A DNA stretch of 19,714 bases from Promethearchaeota archaeon (GCA_019058015.1 JAHLWH010000265.1:1-19714); one strand, 5' to 3'; counted from the stretch's first letter, positions 1 to 9,060 are shown. Notes: a model not told the origin generated them from the sequence alone. Numbers and translations are program-made.

Positions 1-153
1 AAATTCACTTTTGGGGTGAAAAGGATATAGCATTGTAATATGAGGCATCCAGCGGTCAATATGTTTATCATATTTTCTACGAATTTTTTGAATTGAGCCC
101 CAAATATTTTCTGGTGGAATAATTACTACAGCAGTATTATATACCTTATTCAT
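1..153 (-). CDS. 2H phosphoesterase / 2'-5' RNA ligase family protein, N-terminal part (runs off window edge)
   Basis: Not in ORF track. Manual translation from ATG at 153: MNKVYNTAVVIIPPENIWGSIQKIRRKYDKHIDRWMPHITMLYPFHPKSEF, containing the first HxT motif (PHITMLYPF). Confidence 0.85.
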   Translation of the reverse strand, partial: MNKVYNTAVVIIPPENIWGSIQKIRRKYDKHIDRWMPHITMLYPFHPKSEF

Positions 154-309
154 ATTATTCAAATTATTTTTTCTGTAGAATTAAATTTTTTTATCTAAAA
201 AGATTCTTAATCTTAAATTGCAAATAATCTATTTTTTCATAAAATAAATATCTTCAGCTAGCATTTTATTTAATACAATAATTATTATTAAAAAATAAAG
301 GAATTAAGT

Positions 310-1422
310 ATGTCCAATAATAAAGTTTATAATGATTTGATTGATCACCTTCGGAATTGGATATTTGGGCTACCAGAATCCAAATATCTTTTACCATTGT
401 TTGAACTGCGTTTCACTCCTGAGGAGGCAGAATTTCTTTCAAAAATTCCTTTTCTACCTCATACTGCTGAAGATCTTTCTGATAGGTTAGAGACTCCTGT
501 TGTTGAATTTACAAAAAAATTAGACGATTTAGCCCAAAAAGGAATGATTTTTCGAGTAGAAGGGAGAAGTGCTATTCGCTACTCTTTACCGGACTCATTA
601 TTTTTATTTTACAGAAGCATAGGCTGGGCTGGACTTGATGATGAATTTAATCGCGAAATTAGTCCATTATTGAATCAATATTATATTGAAGCATATGCTA
701 AAGATTACTTGGGACATCCCACTCAAGGACTTCGCACAATTCCAATAAATGAAACTATTCAAGATACTCGTAAGGTAATGCCTTATGAGGATATTTTAAA
801 AGTAATAGACCATGTAGAATATTACACAGTATCGACATGCCCATGTAGTCATCGACATAATACTGACACCGATATAGAAAATTGTAAGTATGATACATTA
901 AAATGCTTACACTTTGATCGGCTCGGCAGATATATTGTCCAGAATGGATTGGGTAAAGAGATCACTAAAGAAGAGACATTAAAAATATTAAAAAAAGCAG
1001 CTGACGCCGGTTTAGTTCATGGCATTTCTACAACAAAAGAACGAATAGATACAATCTGTAATTGTTGTACGTGTTGTTGTCTTTTCCTAGAATCAGCTGT
1101 CAAGATGCCTGGTATAATTCCAAGAGGACATCAACCATCGAATTATATTCGGGAAATAGACGAAGAAAAGTGTGTAGCCTGCGGTTTTTGCGTTACATTC
1201 TGTCCAATGAAAGCATTAGAACTTAATGATAAAAAGGTGGTATTTGACCCTGAACGATGCCTTGGATGTGGTGTTTGCGTGCATAAATGTCCACAGGAAG
1301 CTTGTTATTTAATACACCGTGACGAAGAACAGGATTTTCCAAAAGATCCTAGGGAGCAGAGTTCTCGATTTCTTAGAGAGAGAGGGCATGATCCTTTAGA
1401 AATATTTAAAAAAAACTCCTAG
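310..1422 (+). CDS. 4Fe-4S dicluster (ferredoxin-type) domain protein with N-terminal wHTH-like region and Cys-rich middle domain
   Basis: Two CxxCxxCxxxCP motifs at C-terminus (CVACGFCVTFCP, CLGCGVCVHKCP); CPC, GLVH and ICNCCTCCC motifs; N-terminal FTPEEAEFL...LAQKGMI helix-turn-helix-like segment. Confidence 0.85.
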   Translation: MSNNKVYNDLIDHLRNWIFGLPESKYLLPLFELRFTPEEAEFLSKIPFLPHTAEDLSDRLETPVVEFTKKLDDLAQKGMIFRVEGRSAIRYSLPDSLFLFYRSIGWAGLDDEFNREISPLLNQYYIEAYAKDYLGHPTQGLRTIPINETIQDTRKVMPYEDILKVIDHVEYYTVSTCPCSHRHNTDTDIENCKYDTLKCLHFDRLGRYIVQNGLGKEITKEETLKILKKAADAGLVHGISTTKERIDTICNCCTCCCLFLESAVKMPGIIPRGHQPSNYIREIDEEKCVACGFCVTFCPMKALELNDKKVVFDPERCLGCGVCVHKCPQEACYLIHRDEEQDFPKDPREQSSRFLRERGHDPLEIFKKNS

Positions 1423-1451
1423 TAAAGAAAAATTAAAAAGTGAGGATTTTT

Positions 1452-2219
1452 ATGGGTAAATGGAATGAATTGGATAAAAAATTAAATAAATTTCTTAGGT
1501 TAGCTACATTTCCGATAGCAGTAAAATTACTTAAGGATAAAGAAGAATTAAAAGCGATTAAATTTTTAAAAAAATCAGAAAAGAAAATCGCCCTATGTCA
1601 AATATTCAGTTATTCTAGATATTATGGATGGACAATGGGATGCACTATGGAGGATAATTTATGTCCTCTCGCAAATATAGCACTTGGTTTTGAAGAACCA
1701 TACAAGCTTTTTCTAGAAGGTGCTTTTTTTGTCGGTAGATATAATGAAACTAAAGAAGCAGCGAAAAAAACAACAGCAACAATGCCTAAAATACCTTATG
1801 GAAAGTTCTCCGCAATAGTTTCGGGAGCTTTAAATCGTGTAGAATTTGAACCAGATTTTATTATGATTTGGGGAAATTCTGCTCAGATAATGAGAATAAT
1901 TCAAGGTTTTTTATGGAAAGAAGGGGGAAGAATCACAATGTCAACCTTTTGTGATGGGGTTTGTGCAGATACTATCGCAAAAGCATATCTTACGGAGGAA
2001 TTACAAATCGCATTCCCTTGTCTCGGTGATCGCCGGTTTGGAATGGCAAAAGACACAGACTTAATAGCATCTATACCATTCGGAATTGTTGATTCAATAA
2101 TAGAAGGAATGGAGAAAACCCATAAAACTGGCACAAGATATCCAATACCTTATGAACTGAGCACACCTGAGTTCTTTGTCAAATTAAAAAAACAATTAGA
2201 TAAAGCCAAAAAAGATTAA
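1452..2219 (+). CDS. DUF169 domain protein
   Basis: PIAVK, LCQ..SR, CPLANIALG, C...CAD and CLGDR motifs typical of DUF169. ATG at 1452 preferred over GTG 1440 because GAGGA lies 5 nt upstream. Confidence 0.8.
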   Translation: MGKWNELDKKLNKFLRLATFPIAVKLLKDKEELKAIKFLKKSEKKIALCQIFSYSRYYGWTMGCTMEDNLCPLANIALGFEEPYKLFLEGAFFVGRYNETKEAAKKTTATMPKIPYGKFSAIVSGALNRVEFEPDFIMIWGNSAQIMRIIQGFLWKEGGRITMSTFCDGVCADTIAKAYLTEELQIAFPCLGDRRFGMAKDTDLIASIPFGIVDSIIEGMEKTHKTGTRYPIPYELSTPEFFVKLKKQLDKAKKD

Positions 2220-2270
2220 TTCTTTTTTCATCATCCATAAGATGTAAAATAATTAAATATTAAAACGAAT

Positions 2271-3380
2271 ATGATAAGAATTCGAGCACCTGGGAGGATT
2301 TGTTTATTTGGGGAGCATCAAGATTATTTAGGATTTCCAGTTATTTCGATGGCATTTTCTAAATACATATATTTAGAAGCCGAACCAATAATTGATCCCA
2401 AATTCATAATAGAATTACCAGATATGGGATATAACGATGAATTTTTACTCAATAACAATGAAATTGATTATTTATCAAATCGAGATTATTTAAGGAGCGG
2501 TTATAATCATTTTTTACGATTAGGGGCGAAAATAAATAAGGGGTATAAAATTAAAATAAGCGGAGATATTCCAATTAATGCTGGCTGCGGAAGTTCTTCT
2601 GCTTTAATTATTGCTTGGCTCTTTTTTTTATCACAAGTTTCTAATCATCATCTGAACTTAGAAGATCTTGCAAAACTCGGATATTCGGCGGAAGTTCGAG
2701 AATTTGGAGAGGCAGGAGGAATAATGGATCATTATTCATCTACATATGGTAAATTAATTTATTTAGAGACACATCCGGAATTTATACCGAGAAAATTTAA
2801 TATAAATATTAATCATTTTATTCTCGGTAATTCTAAAGAGTCTAAAGATACGGTTGAAGATTTACGTAAAGTTAAAAAGCGTGCATTAAAAACATTTAAG
2901 ATATTAAAGGAAATTTTGAAAGAATTTGATCCTAATAGAACTAGTCTTAATGAAATTGAACAATATCTCCCCAATCTTAATAAGGATCTCCGAAATATAT
3001 TAATTGGAAACATAATAAACCGAGATATTACCCAAAAAGCTAAACTACTTATTACTAGTTACATCCAAAAAAGTTCCAAGATTATAATTGAAAAAAATCA
3101 TAACATTGAGTTAGAATTTTACAGAGAATTGGGAAATTTATTAACTGAACACCATCGGCAATTATCTGGTAATATAGGGATTTCTACTCCAAAAATTGAG
3201 AAAATGATATCAATTGCTCTTGAAAATGGTGCTTTTGGAGCAAAAATTAACGGTTCAGGATTTGGAGGATGTATGTTTGCGTTAGCTTCTGAAAATAAAA
3301 AAGAAATTATGGATAACATTGTGGAGATTGGGGGGATAGGTTATACAGTTAAAACAAGTGAAGGAGTTGAGCTTTATTGA
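2271..3380 (+). CDS. GHMP-family sugar kinase (galactokinase-like)
   Basis: PGRICLFGEHQDY, PINAGCGSSSA ATP loop, GIMDHY, GAKINGSGFGGC. Substrate not determinable from sequence. Confidence 0.9.
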   Translation: MIRIRAPGRICLFGEHQDYLGFPVISMAFSKYIYLEAEPIIDPKFIIELPDMGYNDEFLLNNNEIDYLSNRDYLRSGYNHFLRLGAKINKGYKIKISGDIPINAGCGSSSALIIAWLFFLSQVSNHHLNLEDLAKLGYSAEVREFGEAGGIMDHYSSTYGKLIYLETHPEFIPRKFNININHFILGNSKESKDTVEDLRKVKKRALKTFKILKEILKEFDPNRTSLNEIEQYLPNLNKDLRNILIGNIINRDITQKAKLLITSYIQKSSKIIIEKNHNIELEFYRELGNLLTEHHRQLSGNIGISTPKIEKMISIALENGAFGAKINGSGFGGCMFALASENKKEIMDNIVEIGGIGYTVKTSEGVELY

Positions 3381-4120
3381 AAGCTGTTATTTTGGCAGCC
3401 GGTAAAGGTTTAAGAATGCGTCCTTTAACAGAAAGATTACCTAAACCAATGTTGGAACTGTATGGAAAACCTATTTTGCAATACATTATTGAGGGATTAA
3501 AAATCGCCAATTTAAATGAAATTGCGTTAATTGTCGGATATAAGAATGAAATTATTGAAAAATACTTTGGAAATGGAAAAGATTTTGGCGTCAGGATAAA
3601 TTATATTTTACAAGCAGACCAAAAGGGAACCGGACATGCAACTTTATTAGCCGAACAGTTTTGTGGAGATGAACAATTTCTCCTAACTTATTCAGATGTA
3701 TTAATATCATATAGTATCTATCAAGAATTATATAAATCATACAAAGAACAAAACGAGAGGTTTGTATTGGTAGCAAATCCAACCAACGACCCATATAGAG
3801 GTGCTGCAATTTATTATGAAAATGATTATGTTACAGAAATTATCGAAAAACCCCCAAAAGGGACATCTAAATCAAAATTAAACAATTCAGGTATATTTAT
3901 CTTATCTCCACAAATCTTTCAAATTTTAAGAAATGCTCCTGAATCTATAAGAGGAGAAATTGAATTGACTGAAGCAATTAAATTGGGAATATTACATCAA
4001 AATTTAAAATTTAGGCTGATAATAGTGAAAGAACATCAAATTAGGAAAGATCTTGGAGATATTAAGGATTATGAAGAATTAATGAATACTACAAAATGGT
4101 TAGAAAAACTTAAACAATGA
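3377..4120 (+). CDS. Sugar-phosphate nucleotidyltransferase (NTP_transferase family, no C-terminal beta-helix)
   Basis: LAAGKGLRMRPLT...PKPM, QKGTGHA, IIEKP, RGEIELTEA; TTGA start/stop overlap with the kinase gene. Confidence 0.9.
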   Translation: MKAVILAAGKGLRMRPLTERLPKPMLELYGKPILQYIIEGLKIANLNEIALIVGYKNEIIEKYFGNGKDFGVRINYILQADQKGTGHATLLAEQFCGDEQFLLTYSDVLISYSIYQELYKSYKEQNERFVLVANPTNDPYRGAAIYYENDYVTEIIEKPPKGTSKSKLNNSGIFILSPQIFQILRNAPESIRGEIELTEAIKLGILHQNLKFRLIIVKEHQIRKDLGDIKDYEELMNTTKWLEKLKQ

Positions 4121-4190
4121 AAAATTTATAGATTCCTTAATTCTTAGAAATATTATTCACAATTTTTAATAGTAATTTGAGGTTATAAAT

Positions 4191-4607
4191 ATACCTAACT
4201 GGCTCATCCATTTGAAATGGGCACACAAGGCGGGAATTCCGGAAGGTATAGCTAATATTACAAATCGAGTTATTGATTATGGCTTTAATTGGGTATTTTC
4301 TGCTAAAAGTGAAAATATTAAAAATAATGATGATCCTAGGTACCTTCATTTAACCTATTTTTATGAAATAGGCCCAATTAATAAGAATTACATAAAAGCC
4401 TATTATCTCCATCGTGTTCTGGACCATCTTAAGGAAACAAGGTATAAAGAATTAGATAAAGCATTAAAGGAATTTAAAACAGAAAAATGTTTAATTGAAA
4501 TCGAGAGACCAAATGGTCAAATTATTAATTTTAGGAAAGAAATTGATGGTATTCTTATACTTCTAAAAGATAATGAAAATAAAGTTTTAGCAGACATACG
4601 TAAATAA
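4191..4607 (+). CDS. Hypothetical protein, possibly metal-binding (Zn-dependent PLC/P1-like pattern); probable ATA start
   Basis: Frame is open upstream of TTG 4212 to give (M)PNWLIHLKWAHKAGI; GAGGT at 4179-4183 is 7 nt before ATA 4191; later LH...YYLHRVLDHL (HxxxD). Confidence 0.55.
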   Translation: MPNWLIHLKWAHKAGIPEGIANITNRVIDYGFNWVFSAKSENIKNNDDPRYLHLTYFYEIGPINKNYIKAYYLHRVLDHLKETRYKELDKALKEFKTEKCLIEIERPNGQIINFRKEIDGILILLKDNENKVLADIRK

Positions 4608-4727
4608 TATTTGATTTAAAAAATTGTAACCAAATAATCATTTTCATTATTATTATTTTTCCACTTTTTATTAATAATATTTAGTTATTTACTCTATTAT
4701 TCATAGAAAGCAGAGATTACTCTTCTC

Positions 4728-5132
4728 TTATATTAAATTAAATTCTTTAATTAATTGTTTTGATTTTATAATATTTGTATTTTCAACTTGTTTAAGTGTT
4801 AAAAGATCCTTATCTCCAGTGATTAAGTATTTACATTTTGCAGACAATGCACTTTTAAGAATATCCGTATCTTTATCATCTCTTACAATAAGGTTCAAGT
4901 TATAATTTGGCTTAGATAGTGTAAATTTAACATATAATTTTGATATAAAATCAAAAACGATTTTTTTTTCAACTTGAAATTTGTTCATTAAAACAAATTC
5001 GATCTCATTTATGACTTGTTGAGATGTATAGTACCTAGTATTTGTAGGAGGATTAGAAAGAATTTTTCTTTCGTTCCCATCAAAAAAGAAAGCGGAAATG
5101 AAAATATTAGTATCAATAAAAATATTGATCAA
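4728..5132 (-). CDS. vapC: PIN-domain toxin (VapC-like)
   Basis: FIDTNIFISA, conserved E, RDDKDTDIL, LITGDKDLL acidic PIN motifs; TTGA overlap with upstream antitoxin. Confidence 0.9.
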   Translation of the reverse strand: MINIFIDTNIFISAFFFDGNERKILSNPPTNTRYYTSQQVINEIEFVLMNKFQVEKKIVFDFISKLYVKFTLSKPNYNLNLIVRDDKDTDILKSALSAKCKYLITGDKDLLTLKQVENTNIIKSKQLIKEFNLI

Positions 5133-5380
5133 TAAGCATGCCTCGCTTCTCTACATGCATTTATAACATCTTCTTGGGTAATATGCTTTTCTTTAGCAAT
5201 TCTTTTCCCTTCTGAAAAAATATATTTTAAACTTGGCAATTTAACTTTTTTAATAAGAATATAATCGTTTTCAGTAGTTATAGCTAAGAAATCACCTTGT
5301 TTTATCTTTAGGTTTTTTCTTATCTCAATTGGAATAGTAATCTGTCCTTTTTTTGTAATTTTAGATAGACTTACTTTCAT
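5129..5380 (-). CDS. vapB: AbrB/MazE/SpoVT-family antitoxin (VapB-like)
   Basis: KITKKGQITIPIEIRKNLKIKQGD swapped-hairpin signature; directly upstream of PIN gene. Confidence 0.9.
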   Translation of the reverse strand: MKVSLSKITKKGQITIPIEIRKNLKIKQGDFLAITTENDYILIKKVKLPSLKYIFSEGKRIAKEKHITQEDVINACREARHAY

Positions 5381-5381
5381 A

Positions 5382-5418
5382 CTATATCACTTTTATATAG
5401 AAGTAATACATCCTTACT
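5382..5418. promoter_or_regulatory. Possible autoregulatory operator of the vapBC-like operon (two short inverted repeats)
   Basis: CTATAT-N7-ATATAG (5382-5400) and AGTAA-N7-TTACT (5402-5418) immediately upstream of the antitoxin ATG; short repeats in AT-rich DNA may be chance. Confidence 0.3.
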
Positions 5419-5442
5419 AAAGAATTTTATTTTTTTAAGAAA

Positions 5443-6056
5443 TCAAATTTTCTTATATAAGATATAAATCGAATTTTCAATAACCCAAAAGATAATTGCA
5501 AAAAACACTGCCCACTCTGTTAATGCTGTCCTAGTAATTAAAAAAATGGCAAATATTGCAGCAACGATAAAACCTGTTATAGCTTGAAGTTTTGAAAAAT
5601 TTGGATCTACCCACATTACAAAGCTAAAAAGAATACAAAAAATTAATCTTGTAAAAAAAAATATCAGTGCAAAAATTCTGTGAAAGATACTATATAATCC
5701 ACTATAGGGGGAAAACAACCAACCATTGATAAGGAGATGCAGGCGATTATAGAAATTATTACAGCTAAGATTCTTATTATATCAATAAACCCATCTCGCT
5801 TTAATGATCTCCCAAGATATAAAAAGAATGGAATTGCAATTATGCCAGCAAGAATAAGTCCAATATTGAATAAAATACCTCCGAATCTAGGAACAATACC
5901 TAAAGAACTAACTGTGTCTTCAGCCATATTAAATCCTGGAGATTGAGATATTGATATAAAAATAAAACTTACTCCAATCGCCATAGATATGAGCCCATAG
6001 ATTCCTCCAGATACTAAGTTGAATACTTTATCTATAAAATTATTAATTTTTTTCAT
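5443..6056 (-). pseudogene. DUF998-like multi-pass membrane protein, frameshifted paralog of 6110..6724
   Basis: ORFs 5664..6056 and 5443..5718 align to the N- and C-parts of the neighbour; span is 614 nt versus 615 nt; adding one base in the G5 run at 5707-5711 gives MVGCFPPYSGLYSIFH matching LVGCFPHYTLLLGIIH. Confidence 0.85.
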
Positions 6057-6109
6057 ATATCCTAATTTGAATTTGAACTATAAATAATTTAAGAAAATTC
6101 GTGAAATTC

Positions 6110-6724
6110 CTAAATCTTTTTTACAAGTGTATAAATTGAGATTTCAATAACCCAAACAACTATCACAAAAAATACAATCCATTCTGATATCGGCCATCCA
6201 GTAAATATAAAAAATATAAATACTCCAGAGACGGCAAATCCTATTATGGATTGCATTTTGGAAAATCTTGAATCAAACCAAATTAATATACTATAAATGA
6301 CGCAAAATATTAATTCACAAAAAAAGAAAATAGTTGCAAAAAAGATATGAATAATGCCAAGTAAAAGAGTGTAATGTGGAAAACACCCAACAAGAGATAT
6401 GGACATTGCCCCAATTATTGATATTTTAATGGTAATTTTTTTTATTTTCTCATTAATTTTCTCTTGGGTTAAAGACCTACCAAGGTAAACTAAAAATGGG
6501 ATTACCGTAATACTGGTTAGAATAAAACCAAGATTAAATAATAGAGCTGCCAATCCAGGAGATATGCCCAAAACACTAATAAAACTTTCAAACATACTAT
6601 ATCCTGGAACTAATAAATATGATAAAAAAGTAAAAATAATTCCAATACTCATTGATAAAAGGCCATAATATCCTCCAGGTACTAATTTGAGAAGTATATC
6701 CATCAAATTGTTTATTTTATCCAT
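6110..6724 (-). CDS. DUF998-like (Frag1/DRAM/Sfk1-type) multi-pass membrane protein
   Basis: About six hydrophobic segments; PGYS...FISVLG, LFNLG, VGCFP...H, SEW motifs. Confidence 0.75.
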   Translation of the reverse strand: MDKINNLMDILLKLVPGGYYGLLSMSIGIIFTFLSYLLVPGYSMFESFISVLGISPGLAALLFNLGFILTSITVIPFLVYLGRSLTQEKINEKIKKITIKISIIGAMSISLVGCFPHYTLLLGIIHIFFATIFFFCELIFCVIYSILIWFDSRFSKMQSIIGFAVSGVFIFFIFTGWPISEWIVFFVIVVWVIEISIYTLVKKI

Positions 6725-6815
6725 AATTCCTTAAATGAATTAGAATCTAAAAATAATCTTAATAAATAACTAAGAATGAAATAATTAATACTATTGAAAA
6801 ATATTAATAATTATT

Positions 6816-6950
6816 ATGAGTTTTGCAGATGTAAATGGAATAAATATTTGTTATGAGATACATGCTGATGGTTATCCCGTAATATTGATTCATGGATTTG
6901 GTGGAAAAAAAGAGAATAGTTCAGTCATAACTATTAAAAAAGTAGAATGA
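6816..6950 (+). pseudogene. N-terminal fragment of an alpha/beta hydrolase
   Basis: Not in ORF track. MSFADVNGINICYEIHADGYPVILIHGFGGKKE (oxyanion HGF motif), similarity lost after about 6917, TGA at 6948-6950. Confidence 0.8.
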
Positions 6951-7037
6951 AAATAAGTTTAATTATAAATTGATTTTAAGAATAATAATAATATCTTTAA
7001 TTAACGACTTGTAATATATAGTATTTAGGGAAAGCTT

Positions 7038-7802
7038 TTGATAGAAAAAAGAGTGTTAGTTCAAAGTACCACTGGAAGTGATCTTCATGGGATCCATTAT
7101 TTGTACAGTAAAGAATCAAAAAAAACATCAATTCTAATAATGTGTCATGGTTTTACAGGAGATAAATATGATTATGGCCATTTTCCTGAATTAGCTAAAA
7201 CTTGTAATAAAGAGGGAATCGATGGACTAATTTTTGATTTTACGGGCTCTGGAGAAAATGAGAGAGTACCCATAACATTATTCAAACAAATTGATGATTT
7301 AGAATCAGTATATAAATGGGTGCAAAATCAAGGTTATGGAAGCATTGCTGTATTGGGATTATCATTCGGAGGTCTTACTGCACTAGGAGCTAATTTACCC
7401 GGAATCAAAACATACATTTTTTGGGCACCAGTTTTATTTCTTCATACTACTGATGATCAAACCGACTGGTTTAAGGATTTAAACAAAGGTCCCGTAGAAA
7501 TTCCATCAACTATAGAGGGAATGCCTGTAATCATCGATTTAAGTTTTATGACAGATTTTGCAAAGTTTCGAGTAAAATCTCATTTAAAGAAGTTGGATTA
7601 CCCCGTATTAATTGTACAAGGAACTTCTGATGAAAAAGTGCCTTATGAATTAACAAGAAAAGCATTCAATTTTATACCAAATAAAAATAAAAACAAGCTT
7701 GTAGAAATAGAAAATGCTCCTCATGACTTAGAAGGGGAACATCTAAAAGAATTCATAAAGCATACAATTGATTGGTTGAAATTCCATTTAGGTGGAAATT
7801 GA
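7038..7802 (+). CDS. Alpha/beta hydrolase (serine esterase/peptidase-like)
   Basis: CHGFTG, DFTGSGE, GLSFGG nucleophile elbow, QGTSDEKV acid, APHDL catalytic His. Confidence 0.9.
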   Translation: MIEKRVLVQSTTGSDLHGIHYLYSKESKKTSILIMCHGFTGDKYDYGHFPELAKTCNKEGIDGLIFDFTGSGENERVPITLFKQIDDLESVYKWVQNQGYGSIAVLGLSFGGLTALGANLPGIKTYIFWAPVLFLHTTDDQTDWFKDLNKGPVEIPSTIEGMPVIIDLSFMTDFAKFRVKSHLKKLDYPVLIVQGTSDEKVPYELTRKAFNFIPNKNKNKLVEIENAPHDLEGEHLKEFIKHTIDWLKFHLGGN

Positions 7803-7891
7803 TTAATTATATTTCGCTTTCAATGATTTTTGGTGTGTTCAATCTTAAATAGTTTTTGTGCTATAAGATATCTCATTAAGAATAATATTTC

Positions 7892-7993
7892 GCAAATAGT
7901 ACTTTAATTATACTAGAAAATGTCGGACACGATTCCCCCTTTGAAAAAGCACCGGAAGTTAATCAACATATAATAGATTTTCTAAAAAAATAG
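7892..7993 (+). pseudogene. C-terminal fragment of an alpha/beta hydrolase
   Basis: Not in ORF track. ANSTLIILENVGHDSPFEKAPEVNQHIIDFLKK* (GH catalytic His, E..PE.VN..I..FL terminal helix); no start codon, in-frame TAA at 7883-7885. Confidence 0.8.
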
Positions 7994-8005
7994 AATCAAT
8001 TAAAA

Positions 8006-9043
8006 GTGGAAATGAATAATATGCAAAATGAAATTATAGAACCATCCGATTTGTTAGATGAGAATGGGAAATTAATTCAAAAAGGCTGGGCTCGAAAGTT
8101 AATTTTAAATTATAATAGAGAGAATATAAAAGCCGGATGGCACAGAATAAAAGAGTGGGATTATTATGCGATTCTACATCCTGATTTCGGCATTTCATTA
8201 GTTGTTGCAGATGTAGGATATCTTGGTTTAACTACAGTTGCTTGGCTCGATTTTGTAGAAAAAACATATACATCAGAAGACCAATTAAAATTATTTACTA
8301 GGGGAAAATTAGATTTGCCAAGAACTTCTGAATCTGGAGATATCAACTTCTCAAGTAAAAAAATAAATGTAAATTTTGAAAGGAGAGGTAGTAATCGCAT
8401 TTTGTCAGTCGATTATCCAGGATTTATGAAGGGTAAAGGAATTAAGGGTGAAATAACACTTTTTCAAGACCCAAATATGGATACAATGGTAATTGCAACA
8501 CCCTTTAAAGAAAAAGAGACTAGGTTTTATTACAACCAAAAAATAAATTGCATGCCTGCAAAGGGAACAATACCACTCGGGGAAAACAATTATGAATTTA
8601 CAGAAGATAAATGTTTTGGTGTTCTGGATTGGGGTCGAGGGGTCTGGACGTATAAAAATAGATGGTATTGGGGTTCTGCTTCGGGGTTATTGGAAGGAGT
8701 CCCGATTGGATGGAATATTGGATATGGATTTGGTGATACATCAGCTGCAAGCGAAAATTTAATATTCTATGATGGCAAGGGACATAAATTTGATCAAGTT
8801 ACTTTCCATATTGACTCAAATGATTACTTAAAACCATGGAAATTTACAAGCAATGATGGACGTTTTGAGATGGATTTTGAACCAATACTCGATCGGACAA
8901 ATAAGATGAATTTTTTAATTTTAAAAACAGAACCTCATCAAGTTTTTGGTTTTTATACAGGGGACATAGTTCTTGATGATGGAACAAAACTTCATGTCGA
9001 TCGAATGTTAGGGTTTGCAGAAGAAGTTTTCAATAAATGGTAA
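8006..9043 (+). CDS. DUF2804 family protein
   Basis: KEWDYY, FYYNQKINCMPAKG, LDWGRGVW, WYWGSASG, GYGFGDTSAASEN, HQVFG, GFAEEVFNKW. True start may be ATG 8012 or 8021. Confidence 0.85.
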   Translation: MEMNNMQNEIIEPSDLLDENGKLIQKGWARKLILNYNRENIKAGWHRIKEWDYYAILHPDFGISLVVADVGYLGLTTVAWLDFVEKTYTSEDQLKLFTRGKLDLPRTSESGDINFSSKKINVNFERRGSNRILSVDYPGFMKGKGIKGEITLFQDPNMDTMVIATPFKEKETRFYYNQKINCMPAKGTIPLGENNYEFTEDKCFGVLDWGRGVWTYKNRWYWGSASGLLEGVPIGWNIGYGFGDTSAASENLIFYDGKGHKFDQVTFHIDSNDYLKPWKFTSNDGRFEMDFEPILDRTNKMNFLILKTEPHQVFGFYTGDIVLDDGTKLHVDRMLGFAEEVFNKW

Positions 9044-9060
9044 GGAAAAATTGTAATGAT

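Noticed and set aside
3377-4120. Bifunctional GlmU
   Set aside because: Only 247 aa; lacks the hexapeptide-repeat acetyltransferase domain.
1901-4349. Antisense ORFs 1901..2134, 2813..3013, 3119..3319, 3591..3809, 4137..4349
   Set aside because: Shadow frames of well-supported plus-strand genes; no motifs.
6921-7894. IS element or MITE
   Set aside because: No transposase and no terminal inverted repeats; only a 6-bp direct repeat, which could be chance in AT-rich DNA.
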